Below are positions 25,001 to 37,512 of a stretch of 64,000 nucleotides of DNA, one piece after another (positions within the stretch are counted from its first letter, which is position 1; each line of letters begins with the position of its first letter). Under the pieces are notes generated by a model. It searched no databases, had not been told where the DNA came from, and saw only the letters and a program-made list of their open reading frames with translations. This DNA is from Octopus bimaculoides. Taxonomy: Eukaryota. A program made the position numbers and the translations under genes. The stretch lies in NCBI RefSeq assembly GCF_001194135.2, contig NC_068983.1:136247099-136311098 (forward strand), in the 5' to 3' direction.

Positions 25001-27374
25001 GCCAGTAAAATATTTGACTTCTCATGGTTAGAAGTAGTGACCAACTGATGACCAAGCTTATTGACAGATAGATGAGACTGGTAGGATACTCTTTCTTTTC
25101 TAGATACACCTCCAAGATGTTTTTGACTTTATACTGCATGCTAACAATCTGCTTTTTACTTCTGCTTACATCAGTGAGTTGGTTCTATCCAGCAGTTACT
25201 GTTTATATTAAGGTGGACTGAGTCATATAGTTTAAGTATCCTGACCTCAAACCTATACAGTACTGGTGACATAATACGACTACTCAATTAGTTGTTGTTT
25301 AAAACCCAGTCAACTGAAGCAAGTGACCTTGTGATGGCTTTCATCAATTTAATTTCTCAATGTTTGCCCTGCATTATGACTAAAGATTGGATTCTTTTCT
25401 TTAAAGTTGAAGAAATAAAGCAAAATAATTAAAACAAGTAAAACCATCAGTAAATATATTCACCAAACATATATGTATTGGAAATATTAATCTTCTCAGC
25501 ACTGGAAACTTTAGCAAGGGCAAAAGTTAATTTCTTTCAAAATATTCAAAAATATCACAAAATCTGCCACAATAAACATCATTTTGTCTCATTTTATCAC
25601 ACTAACATTATTAAAATTGCAACAAGAGCATACAAGTGCATATACACACATGTATATTCACACATATGCATATACACACATATGCACATATACATACAAA
25701 TAAAAAAATGTACACATGATACAAATGGATAATAAATATTGAAATGAAAATATACATATAGCTATACATACAAATACAAACTTAAATTCAAATAGATTTA
25801 TACACTAAACAGATACTATGAGTAGCATTAAAAATTCACACAAATCTTTACATACGAATGAAAAACACATAAAGAGAAACATAAATACACAAATAGAAAC
25901 AAATATATACATATACATTAAATTAAATAAATGAACACTAAAATAATCATACAAACAAGCATATATACATATATACTTGCACATGCACACACACATGTAT
26001 CCAAACACATGCACATATGCATATATTTCTCAACCATTGCATGATTTTCTTGTATTTCTAAATATGCTCATACAATAAATTTGAACACTTAATTTCTTGT
26101 CAAAGTTTTTGAGAACACTAACAAGCTACAAATACAAAAGAAACACTTTGTGGCCACTTTCAATGAATATCAGTGCTTTATTTGCAAGAGCCATATCTGG
26201 ATCTAGTCATTCACTTTCAGATTTCTTTCAAAAGCTTTTGATATTGAGATATTGCTAAAATGTAGCTATCGCCATATTGAAACAGATTATAATGGAAACA
26301 TCAACAGAGATTAATTTTATTCTATTCTTTGCGATAGACTGACTTTGTAGCAGAAAGGGAGAATTTTTTAAAAAATGTCAACTCATTTAGACAGGTAGGT
26401 ATTGGACAAATATATAAATCCTTAACCAATCTTTATACATTTTTCATTGAATCCAAAAACTTTATTCAGAAGCCAATTCAGCACAAATTAGTTGTGGACA
26501 TCTCATCTTCAGTGTAAATATTTGAATGCATGTATAGGCAAAAGAGAAGAATATCCTATTTAATAAAGAAACAACAAGACATGTGGACAGAGAGATGGGT
26601 GGGGGAGAAATAATAACTGAGCCAATCAGATATTGCTTCAGTTAAGGAGACTGAGTAATTTGATTGAGTATAAATGAGAATAGTAAAAGCCATTAGCAAG
26701 TAGAGCTTTCTATAACCAATATCAGGTCAATAGGAGTTGTTGGGGGTGATTGATTAACAAGGAATCAATTTAGGAAAGAAAAGGAGAACACTTTTCACTC
26801 AATAAAGGGAACACATCAATGTTCCTGGCTATGTGGACACTAACACTTTCAGTTTCTTCTTCAATAGATTTCAGAGTGTGTAGCACATGTAGTTACTGAC
26901 AGGCAGCATCAATGAATGAATCTCATATCCATTTAGCTGTTTTAATCTCAGTTTTGTAATATTTCTAACACTTTATTGTTTGTGATCTACTTAACAATAA
27001 TGACAACAGCTGTAATAAGAACAACACAACAGATCATTATTGTTACTTAGAGAGATCGAAGATGAAGGTGAAATCAACATTGGCAAAGATGAAATGAGTA
27101 GACACACCAGACTTGTTAAAAAGCCACATAATAGAACTTAGAAACATCAAGAAAGACCAATAGAAATCTTGTACAGATTAAAAATCTGTACAAATCAAAG
27201 TTAATAGGAGAGAGAGACAGAAAGATGATGTTTATATAGGAAGTGTTAGGTTACAAGAAGATAAACAAGTGTTAACTTCAAAAACGAGCATCCATGGAAA
27301 TAAAGCGGAAACAAGTTTATATTGTACTAAAACTTTTGAGGGATAGTATGTGGAAAAGGTATCACAGTATCACA

Positions 27375-27424
27375 CACACACATACATTATATGTATGTGT
27401 ATATATATATATATACATACATAC

Positions 27425-27483
<59 letters not shown>

Positions 27484-27490
27484 TATATAT
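27375..27490. repeat. Compound (AC)/(AT) microsatellite
   Basis: Direct inspection. Confidence 0.9.
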
Positions 27491-30022
27491 TTATGGTGAG
27501 GAGGAAAGCCAGAAAAGAAAATAAACAAAAAAGAAAGATTTTGAAGGATATATTGGTTATTTGAAACATTTTTTCATTTAGTATTTTAAGAGGAAATATC
27601 TATTCCTGGTAGCAAGTTTGCCAATGGGGAGGGAAGTAATATCAAAGTATGAAACAAAGTAGAAAAAAATTATTAACAGTAACAACATTACTTAAGTAGT
27701 AACTATAGCCAATATTTTCTGCTTAGGATCCAGTCTAATTGAAACTATACTGAAGAGAAAATAAACTTTTCGTTAGATCTTCCTTAAAGTTCATCCAACA
27801 ACCTAGTCTGGATGATGTAAGAAATTAAGTAGTAGTTCCCTATATGTTATTTCATTTGAAAAAAAAAAAAAATTGTCTGCTGGTTTGATTTGCCAATACA
27901 ATTTTTTCTAAAGAACTTCTGGCATCTTAATGGTTTTCTCAGTAATATTGTAGCTTAATTTGCTAGTCTCTTAACAATAATGATAATGGTTTGTTACACA
28001 ATGCTTTGTGAATTTTTTTTTATCAATGAACCTACTTTACAATGGACATATATGAAATTATTAGTATAATAACTCTAAAATAAATCATTTTATTGATACA
28101 AAATATTTTTCAAAAATAATCAAATCAACCAGATTTTAAATTATTTATTCAGTAGCTATCTGTTTGTGTCATTATATACGTAAACTTCAACAATTTTTTT
28201 GAAAAAAAAAGTATTTTTTTTTTGTAAAGCGACGAAATTACTGAAGAAANNNNNNNNNNTCTCCAAAAAGGCCAAGGGTTTTTTTTTTATAAAAGCAAGG
28301 AATTAGTTCCTATTTCAAAGCAGAAAAGAGAAAAATGTCCTACTTGATATTTTATTTGCCTATCCCAGAATATCTGATACCTATTTCCGACATTAAAGAA
28401 AATTGAAGCATGCAGAAGAGAATGTCTTATGCAATGCCTATAGTGGATTTAAACTTTAAATCTATAGGCTAACAGTCAGATTCCTTATCATCTCAATTGT
28501 ATGTATTGCCTCTACACAGTAACCAAAAGACCTTTCTTTTTCTATGTAAAATTGTAAAATTACTAGAATATATTTTGTTCATCCTAAAAGAAGACAAAAG
28601 GCCAAGTTGACCTTGATAAAATCTTGAAATCAGAAAAATAAGAAACCATAATGCCATAATGCATAGAGTCTCATGCTCTTAGATCCATTATCAAATTCTT
28701 AGAAAAAGAAAGCAATAAAATATACACTAGATCAACATTTAAATAAAATAGATTTAAACCACTATATTTTTGTCAAATTAGAGAAAGGTAGAAAGAAGAT
28801 AGGGGAAGGGGAAGGCAAGAGCAGAGAGAGAGGGGAAGGAAGAAGCAGTGGAATCTGTTATGTTTATATAGAAAGATGAAGACCATAGCTGAGAATTTAA
28901 TATGTCAGACGAAAGATGAAAGAGTGCTGCTCTGGTTCAAAGAGGAGAGGAAAAAATGTAAGATGACGCAATAGAAAGATAATCTAACCAAAGAAATAAT
29001 CTATCTTTCAATCTATTTATATCTACCTATCATATATGTGTGTGTGTGTGTGTATACATACACATACAGTTAGACAAGTATGATCCTCCCTTTTCTTCAG
29101 TGTGTGCACGCACGCACACACACACACACACAAATCTCAGAGGTGTTTATAAAAGAAGAAAGTGTAATCAATGCATGTCATGGAGTTTATAGACTTAGCT
29201 GAATGTATATTTGTATGTGTGCATATATAGGCCTACATGCATACAAACATGTATATACATACATATACACACACATGCACACACACGCACACACACACAC
29301 ACGCGCATGCACACACACATAATTTTATATATAATACATATGTAATATTATATATGTTGTTACTGTTGTTCACCAGTGCAGCAGTAACATTAGCTGTGAG
29401 TACTGAAGTTATCATCATTTTACAAAAGATTCTTCTGTTACCTTAATTCTAAGTCCATGTAATGGTAGATTGTTTTTCTTTCATGTGAAAAAAAGACAAA
29501 TCAATGCAAGTAAAGAGAAAAATCTTTAAAAATAAAGTGGAGGGTGATGTGCTTTGATATAGAAAGATTACATTATTATAATTATTATTGATCTATAATT
29601 ATATATATATAGGCATAAGAAGAAGGATGCTGACATTGTATGACAGTCATGGTTTTCCTCAAGGACATTGTATAAAATTTCAATGTGTCCTATTTGCCAA
29701 GAAGAATTTAAGGGCAGATGCTTTTCTCTGATTTCATGACATTGTTCTGATAAAATGTAAACTTTCTCCTGTAGAGAATATCTTACTATTTCAACTAACA
29801 GTCCCACAAACTCTGTTACCTTTTCCCAACATGGAGATGATGAATTGCAGATTGAAGTATTAAGGGAAATACCAAAGCACACGACATGACCTCATGCAAA
29901 GTAGACTGCCCTAGCCCAAATTATAACTATAAATGTTGTTTAATGTAAAAAAAAAAGAAAACATTATTTCCAATTCATAATAAATATGCTAATTTATTAC
30001 TAATTTTATGATGTTAGATAGA

Positions 30023-30100
30023 CATTGCAGCTTCTTTTATTTCCTGTGCATTGCAGCTTCTTTTATTTTTCCTGTGCATTGCAGCTTCTTTTATTTCCTT
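30023..30100. repeat. Three tandem copies of a 26-28-bp unit
   Basis: cattgcagcttcttttattt(tt)cctgtg x3. Confidence 0.9.
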
Positions 30101-32031
30101 TATACCCCAACTATAGTTGGACAGAAGCCCTTCCAAACGATAACCACTTTACTGAGCATACTGTGTACATTTTAGCATAATGCAAACACTAGGAAGGTTG
30201 TCATGTTCTTGACAAAACTAAAGGGCTCTCTTGATCTTGTGTGTTAATGTAAATAAATTATATCAACCATGTTATACAATAGTTTATTCATGTACTTACA
30301 ACACATTCAACATTCTTTATTCCTATATGTGCATGTGCATAAATACATATGTCTGTACGTGTGCATATAAGTAAATATTTTTTGATGCTGAAATATTTTT
30401 ACATACCGTCTCATGCTGACAATGCCTTTTAGTCTGACAATTTATTTGAGTAATGCTTACTACTTATCCTGAGTATTTACACATGGCACATACCTATTTC
30501 TGATATACTGACATTTTCAGTTTCCCTGGTTATAGTTAGGGAAATTGAAACAAAGTTATATTTGGCTCATTGAGAAGAATACTCTATGTCTGATTATTTG
30601 CATATTATTCATTTATATACTAAATATTTTATAATCCATATATTTTATTTTGCAAATAAGAAAAAGAGAATATTAAGAAGACTAAGATTCAGCTATTTTT
30701 TAACTAAAGTTTGGAAATTGATAGGTTTGTGTGAACATCAAAGATAATGATTTCTCACATCATTACAAATATAGCAACAAAAACAGTATTATTGATCAAG
30801 AGACAAGCTAACAGTAGACCTTGTATGGCTGCTAGAAAGAGCAGTCAAATCTTCTTCAAATATCACTTTACAATAATAAAAGAGTCATTAGAAAATATGG
30901 CTGGGAGACCTTTGATCATAAGCCTGCTCATTTGAAAAAGTGTCCTAAGATACTATTATTCCTCCTCACCCATATTTCTAATTGCTTACCCTACACACTG
31001 CATGTTATAATTACCGTAGTCATTTTACATCTATTGTTTTCCATGCTAGCAAGAGGGCTGTTACAGTGGAACTCTGTATTAACTAGGCATGAGGCTGTCT
31101 CCATGACATAGGTAACTGATGCTGGGAAGGAGTGGTTAAAAGGACACAAAAATAAAACTTTTAATTTTTATTTTTGATAAGCAGTATACAACCTCAGTTA
31201 CCAACCACTTTCTGTTTCACACCATACTTTCCCATACAGTTGAAACAAATTTCTGAGCTTACAAATTAGCTTTTAATTTCTAACATCAATTTAAAGCAGA
31301 AAGAGAATAATAAAATAATTCTTTAAAAAGTAGAAAAAAAAAGGTATTATAACATTACTTTATTAATTTTCAGTTAAATTTCTATTTGTAGCCACCTCTA
31401 GTAATTTCTTGTTTTGAAACAAGGCTGGCTGCTAACATAAAAAAAAATAAGGCAATCCATTTAAGATGCATATATTAACTATATTCAGCAATTGTTAAAT
31501 TTATTTTAGAGAATAACACAGTGTCCACAAACATGCTTGCATGCATGCATGCATGTATGCATGTATGTACAACTCTTAGCAAATGAGAAGAAATTCAATT
31601 ATGTTTCACTGAAATAGAAGCCAAATAACAAAGCATCATACTAAATAGTAAATCATCAGATAATAAGATATAGCTTTCAAATTTTCACTAACTACAAAGG
31701 TTTCTTTCAGATCTCATCCTCATTGTCAAACTAATTGCTATATAGTCCCTTGAACTGCCAGTAACAGTAGCTAGATCTTACTCAAAATACCTGCTCTGTT
31801 AAAAAAAGAGTGTTGGATAATTGTTGCCATGGGCTCCCTATACATAAGGAAAATATGGAATGGTTGCAGCTGAAATACTTTCTTTTCTCTCTGCCTGTAC
31901 AGTGCTTTCAGCTTTTCTGAAAATATGTTTGTACATCCCTCTCCACCCAGTCAACAAGCTCATCTCACTCTCTCACTCTCAATTGCTCATCCCTACTGTA
32001 ACTCATTTTTAGATCCTACCTCTTAGAACTA

Positions 32032-32070
32032 TTCACTATTCCTCCTAGAATTTCACTATTCCTCCTAGAA
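32032..32070. repeat. 20-bp tandem duplication
   Basis: ttcactattcctcctagaa x2. Confidence 0.85.
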
Positions 32071-32429
32071 CTGTAACTATTTTGATTTTCCTATGGGCCC
32101 ACATTCTTATTGCAGATGTTGATTTAGAAATGTTAAAGATCAAAATAAACTGATTGATCTCACCAGTCTACAGGAGCCAGTATAGTTTTTAGGCATTCTT
32201 ATCTCACTCTGAAAAGTTTTATACTAAAAAGTTGCACATTTTTCTTAATACTAAGCACTGATGAAACAAATCAGGAGTGTGTGTGTGTGTCTGTGTACAT
32301 GGATATACACACACACACACACACACACGCATACACATACAATACATATATCATAAAGTAAGGAGTATAACACAGCTATGTTATACAGGATGCAAATATT
32401 ATTATATACAGACCTCTATATTTACAGTA

Positions 32430-32477
32430 GGAAGGAAGGAAGGAAGGAAGGATGGAAGGACGGAAGGAAGGAAAGAA
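32430..32477. repeat. (GGAA)n microsatellite
   Basis: Direct inspection. Confidence 0.9.
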
Positions 32478-32639
32478 GGATACATCCATACATAACACAG
32501 GAATATACTTCAATCACTGCATTTTCGTATAACGTGACTGATAATTTGCCATCAAAATTCAAATACTGCATATAACAACTTAGTTTACTCTGGTACACAG
32601 TACATATACCTCTTTGAAGCAGTCCAAAGAAAATGGAAG

Positions 32640-32990
32640 TAAGAAAATGAAATTGAAGGGGATACTAAAACAACATTTTCTGAATGGTTTGGCTCATTCA
32701 TAAAATGATTTGGAATTTTATAATGTTAGGACTGTAGGCACAAGTACAAGTACAGACAATAATAGAGTAGTCACATATCCTGCTGAATTGAAAAAAATAA
32801 AAAAATTGAAGATGAGTGTTTATATTGATGAACAGATTATGAATTTTGATAAAGCAAAACTATTTTGGAAACAAAAACCTAATAAAATTTACTAGATGAA
32901 GAAAGAAAAATTGCAACATGAAAGGATCATTAGTAAAAACAGCTCTATATTGTTTATACCTAAAAATGTCTACAATAGATGACAACAATA
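32640..32990 (+). mobile_element. Tigger/pogo-like transposase fragment
   Basis: Reads ..EWFGSF..NVRTVGTSTSTD..ELKK..YIDEQIMNFDKAKLFWKQKPNKIY, cf. Tigger GWF..FK..GEAASAD..QVFNxDETGLFWKxMPxRTY. Confidence 0.65.
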
Positions 32991-33471
32991 TCAGAAAAAT
33001 GCTTGATGGGTATAATGTGGACCGCAATGATGAAAATTTAGAACAGTAATAATAATCATAAGATGAGGTGATGATAATGATGAGGATGATCACTATGACA
33101 AAACAGATGAAGCTGAGATGAAAATGAAAGAATTCTCAATTAAAAAAGCCTTGAAGCTGGAATGCTCGTGATAATGGATTGATTGTAGGGACAGCTATGC
33201 AAATCAGAAGATGAGGTGAAAATCCACTCAGCTGCTAAAGGGTTGGTCATGCATAAAGAGAAAAAAAAAATCAAAACAACCCAGTTACAATAGTTAAAAA
33301 AACAAAATACAATTGGCAAATCAGTAAACAAAACAAAACTCCATCCAATTCATTTACTTTATTGATTTTCATTTGCATTTTTTTTTCCATCTATTGATGA
33401 GCTAATCTTATTAACATACTCAAATATTGTGGGTTCAAATACACTCAAATAGGACATGTTCTTGTAGCAGG

Positions 33472-33511
<40 letters not shown>

Positions 33512-33594
33512 AATAAATGTAAAACTGTCCCACCAATGTCAGCATGGAAGGCAGACATTAAACGATGATGATGACAATGATGATGTGCTCTGAA

Positions 33595-33830
33595 AGTACA
33601 GCAGCATGGGTTACAACAGACAGGAAAAAGTTCAGAGACCCTCTACTGCAACAGGCAGCAAAGGATTTTTCTTCCAGAGTAAAGAGCAGATTGCATGATG
33701 CTTGTTTTAGAAATGCAGTTCTTAATGGTAGTGAGACATAGGAAGAAAGTGGTGAAGGCTGATCTCAGGACCTTGAACCTCATGGAGGAGATGACAAGAG
33801 ACTAGGATGAACAGTAATATGTGGTTCTCT
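33595..33830 (+). mobile_element. RTE-clade LINE fragment
   Basis: Reads KKFRDPL..KDFSSRVKSRLHDACFRNAVLNGSET*, cf. RTE KFRELLPLL..SLRVKGRLYDACVRTAMLHGSETW. Confidence 0.7.
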
Positions 33831-33875
33831 ACATAATGCACCTAAATCAGTGGAACTAAGTTCTGGAAGTACACT

Positions 33876-33922
<47 letters not shown>

Positions 33923-34649
33923 CGCACAACTGGGCCTCTCACCCAATTTCCTCCTCAAGACCCCACCTGACTCATCATCTCTGTAACTGCAATTTTTCTT
34001 CATATCATTAATCTTCCTTGCTGCTTGAAATCATTTCTCTTGATATCCATCCTTCGTTCTTATACTATCTTATCCATTTATATTTTACGCTGAATCCCAC
34101 CCACAAGCCACCAAATTATTTCTCTGTCTCCACCACTATACATCATGTACTCCCCACACACTATGCATGCTTTTCTCTCTCTTCCCTCATTCGGGCAACC
34201 TACCTCAACCAAACATCATCTCTCTCTCTCTCTCATCTTTCTCTTGTCTACTGTATCAATATCACTATTTTGTTACTTTTTCACCACATACATCATTGGA
34301 CTCTCTCCAACCCCTAATCCACCATTCACTACTTCCACTTCTCAACACCTGTCTTTCATTCATTATATTCATACTTCACCTCACTCATTCTCCCATACAC
34401 TCATGCAACCTATATCCACTTGCACTCCTGGTTCCTCTGCCCTCACACACTTCTATTTACTTTGTACCTGGACACCTCATCGCCATTATTTCTATCTCCT
34501 TCCAGCTCCACTCCGACTGTCCCTACCCTCTCTTCTAAAATATGAGTAACCATGTAACTCTTCTGCAAGAAGAAATTTGTTTTACTCTGGTTCCTTCCTC
34601 TCATACTTTAAACCTTCATACTTTAGCATAAAGCAACCTCTCCCAGGGT

Positions 34650-34875
34650 TTGTAGTCTTGCAAACTGCACCTCATCATTGCTGGTGGTATAAAAAAACCA
34701 AAAAAAAACAATGTATGCTGTACAGTAGTTGGTATTACAAAGGGCATCCAACCACAAAAACAATACCAAAGTAAACAATGGAGCATGGTGCAGTTCTTAG
34801 ACCTACTGGATCCTGTCAAACCCTCCAACTCACACCAACGTGGAACACAATGCTAAAGGATGATGGTAATGATAT
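34650..34875 (+). mobile_element. Repeat family A copy
   Basis: aagggcatccaaccacaaaaac..ggatcctgtcaaaccctccaactc..ggatgatggtaatgat. Confidence 0.65.
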
Positions 34876-36329
34876 ACATGTTAAATAAGTTATTGTTTTT
34901 AAAGTAAGGTTAAGTATAACAATGGAACATTTACTGAAGTGTATCAAATTTATTGTGATGATCAAGTTGATTGGGACTTCAAACTACACACACACACATA
35001 TGTACATACAAAGTCAATGACACTAGAGACTTTTTCTACTTCAGTGGAAAATTTTGTAATCAAGTTGTAGTATGGAGGAATGTGCTGTAACATCATGTCA
35101 CTGCATCCACCATTTGTTGGTGATTCCCTATTCCTGGCAGATGATGTTTGCACTACAACCCTCCAACCAACAGATCTGTTCGGGTTGTCATTGCTGGTAA
35201 GGGTTTTAGGAGGTTGGGGTGCAAACCCTATCTCAACTTCCTGTAGTCACCTTTTATGACATGCAAAGGAAACTTTGGGTCTATTTTTTGACAGGCTGGT
35301 TTCCCACACAAGCAAGAAAATAAAAAAAAGACAGGATATATAAGTGAAAACCCAGTTGGATACAGCTGTTCCCATATGATTTCACTTTGAAAAGTTTAAA
35401 TCTCTGACTTGGATCTGTAGTCTGGTTTCAATACTGTTGTCATCATTTTTCTTATGCTGCTAGTAAAGGCTTGAACATCACTTACCCACAAATATTGCTT
35501 TTCAACCCATAATAAATGAAAGCAATGATTGAACTGCAGATTGCTCTGAGATGAAAGTATTAGATATATGATACACAGCATTGTTCCTCTTCATTCTGAG
35601 TCCAAACCACATAAGACTTTCACTCAGCCTTATATTGGAGTTGATTGAATTGAATTCAAATTATGGCAAATGTAAGAAATCAATAATTAGGTAAGAATGT
35701 GACAATCATGATAATTTTAATTTCCCATATCAATGAGTAGTAAACATTGTTGAACAATGTTTAAATCAAGGAAATAAAGGAAAGGGTGACAATTCAAAAT
35801 CAATAATATATATATATATAGGTTGATGCACTGAAGCCCCAATTAATTAAAATTGGAAACAGGCAACACGGTGAGGGGTAAAAATCAATAGCTTTAAGAT
35901 ATTTCAACACATAAAAGTGCTGTCCAAACACCAGAGATTTAGCTGTATTTCAATATTTCTCCTTTGCTTGAAGTATCTGAACATTAAGGGTCATAAAAAT
36001 ATGAAAATTAGTTGATATTTTGCCTTTTGGCTTTTCAAAACTTGTGAAATTTGCATGGCTGTCTAGACTGACACTCATCATGGTAGTTATGAATAAATAA
36101 AAACTTTAAAATATCTAAATACTCACTTATTAAGTGATAATTAAAAGCATTCTGAAAAATTTGTAAACACATGTTATATATCTGAAATTATATATATAAA
36201 AAAAAAATTAAAAACTAAAATCAAGTTCAAAGAATAAAATGATTTTCATCTTAAAGGATGTAAGAAAGACTTCTACTTCTGAGAAAGGCTTCTGACATTT
36301 TGATAGTAGAACATTCCTTTCTCTCTCTC

Positions 36330-36620
36330 TCCTATATAACTATCTCACCGACCGACACAGTTTTAAGTAGGTTTGGCCTGTCTATTCAACACCTGGTAGC
36401 GTACAGTATAAACCGGAAGCTCTTTTACCTCAACAACCTATAACATTATAAACTGTTAAAATATGTACAAAAACAACAGAGTATAAAGAAAGAATACAAT
36501 CAACAGGAGAGAGAGGGGGGAGAGGAGGAGAGAGAAAGAGAGAAAATGAAAGACGGATAGAGGAAACAGATGAAGCCTGTATTAGAATTAGGGGAAACAG
36601 GAACGTCAAAATGATGACTA
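36330..36620. promoter_or_regulatory. Promoter/enhancer-like patch (tentative)
   Basis: Local CpG cluster in CpG-poor DNA, CCGGAAG ETS-type motif at 36413-36419, TATATAA-like motif at ~36333, and a GA-rich tract next to the long (GT)n. Confidence 0.25.
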
Positions 36621-36697
36621 TGAAGAAGAAACAGTTCAGGATTTTTTCCTTGTAAATATTAAAAATGAAGTCACCTCTCCCTCTCTATCTCTCTCCC

Positions 36698-36822
<125 letters not shown>

Positions 36823-37472
36823 GTGTATATATGTATACACACACACACATGCCTTGCTCCTTAGCATAATCAAGATATATTAATCTCTCAAGTATTTTAT
36901 GTTGTTAAAAGAAGAGACTTGCATGTTAATTAATTATTGATAAGGTGTCTTTTAAATGTACATCAGACTGCTCTATATCAGTTAGGAATTGATGCAGAAA
37001 TTACAAACTTCTGCTAAATCATTAAAAATGAGCCACAGCAAGTCAGGTTACTATTTTAGCTGGGTAGCTATTAGAAAAAAAAATCTCAACAATTATAGTA
37101 GTAGTGGTAGTAGCAGCAGCAGCAGCAGCAAAGTAACAGTTGAGGTAAAGTATTAAAGTGCACTTTACTGGTAGAGAATAAATAGTTAAGTCATTTCATG
37201 TAAAATACCTAATTCCATTTCTCCTTAAAATCTAAAGCTTCATACACATCTCTTATGTTTTATATTGTCACTATGTGACAAAAAAAAAAAACCGAAAAGA
37301 ACTAAAAAATAACATGAATTTTATGAAGATAATATGAAAACAATATGTTACAATTGTTCTTGTAACCATTGCTGAAAATTAAGTGGTACTCTGACTTTAT
37401 AGTCGAATAGTTCAGTGAGAAGTATTATTTTCTAAGCTGGAAAATTCTGTCAGTGGACATGAAAACTACCCA

Positions 37473-37512
<40 letters not shown>

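Noticed and set aside
29568-29882. 104-aa minus ORF and a plus-strand CPICQEEF RING-like snippet
   Set aside because: The RING-like frame stops after about 18 codons with no further ligands, and the minus ORF has no usable splice donor or homology.
34018-34620. Overlapping S/L/H/P-rich ORFs (similarly 4547-4950)
   Set aside because: Strongly pyrimidine-skewed, repeat-associated DNA lacks stop codons in several frames at once, a compositional artefact.
34962-35153. Minus-strand peptide SARNRESPTNGGCSD resembling the DCP1A linker as I recall it (AARDKQSPSQANGCSD)
   Set aside because: The intervening EVH1 exons are not present between 41211 and here, the expected DIL.ML..A..EY motif is missing, and the splice sites are weak.
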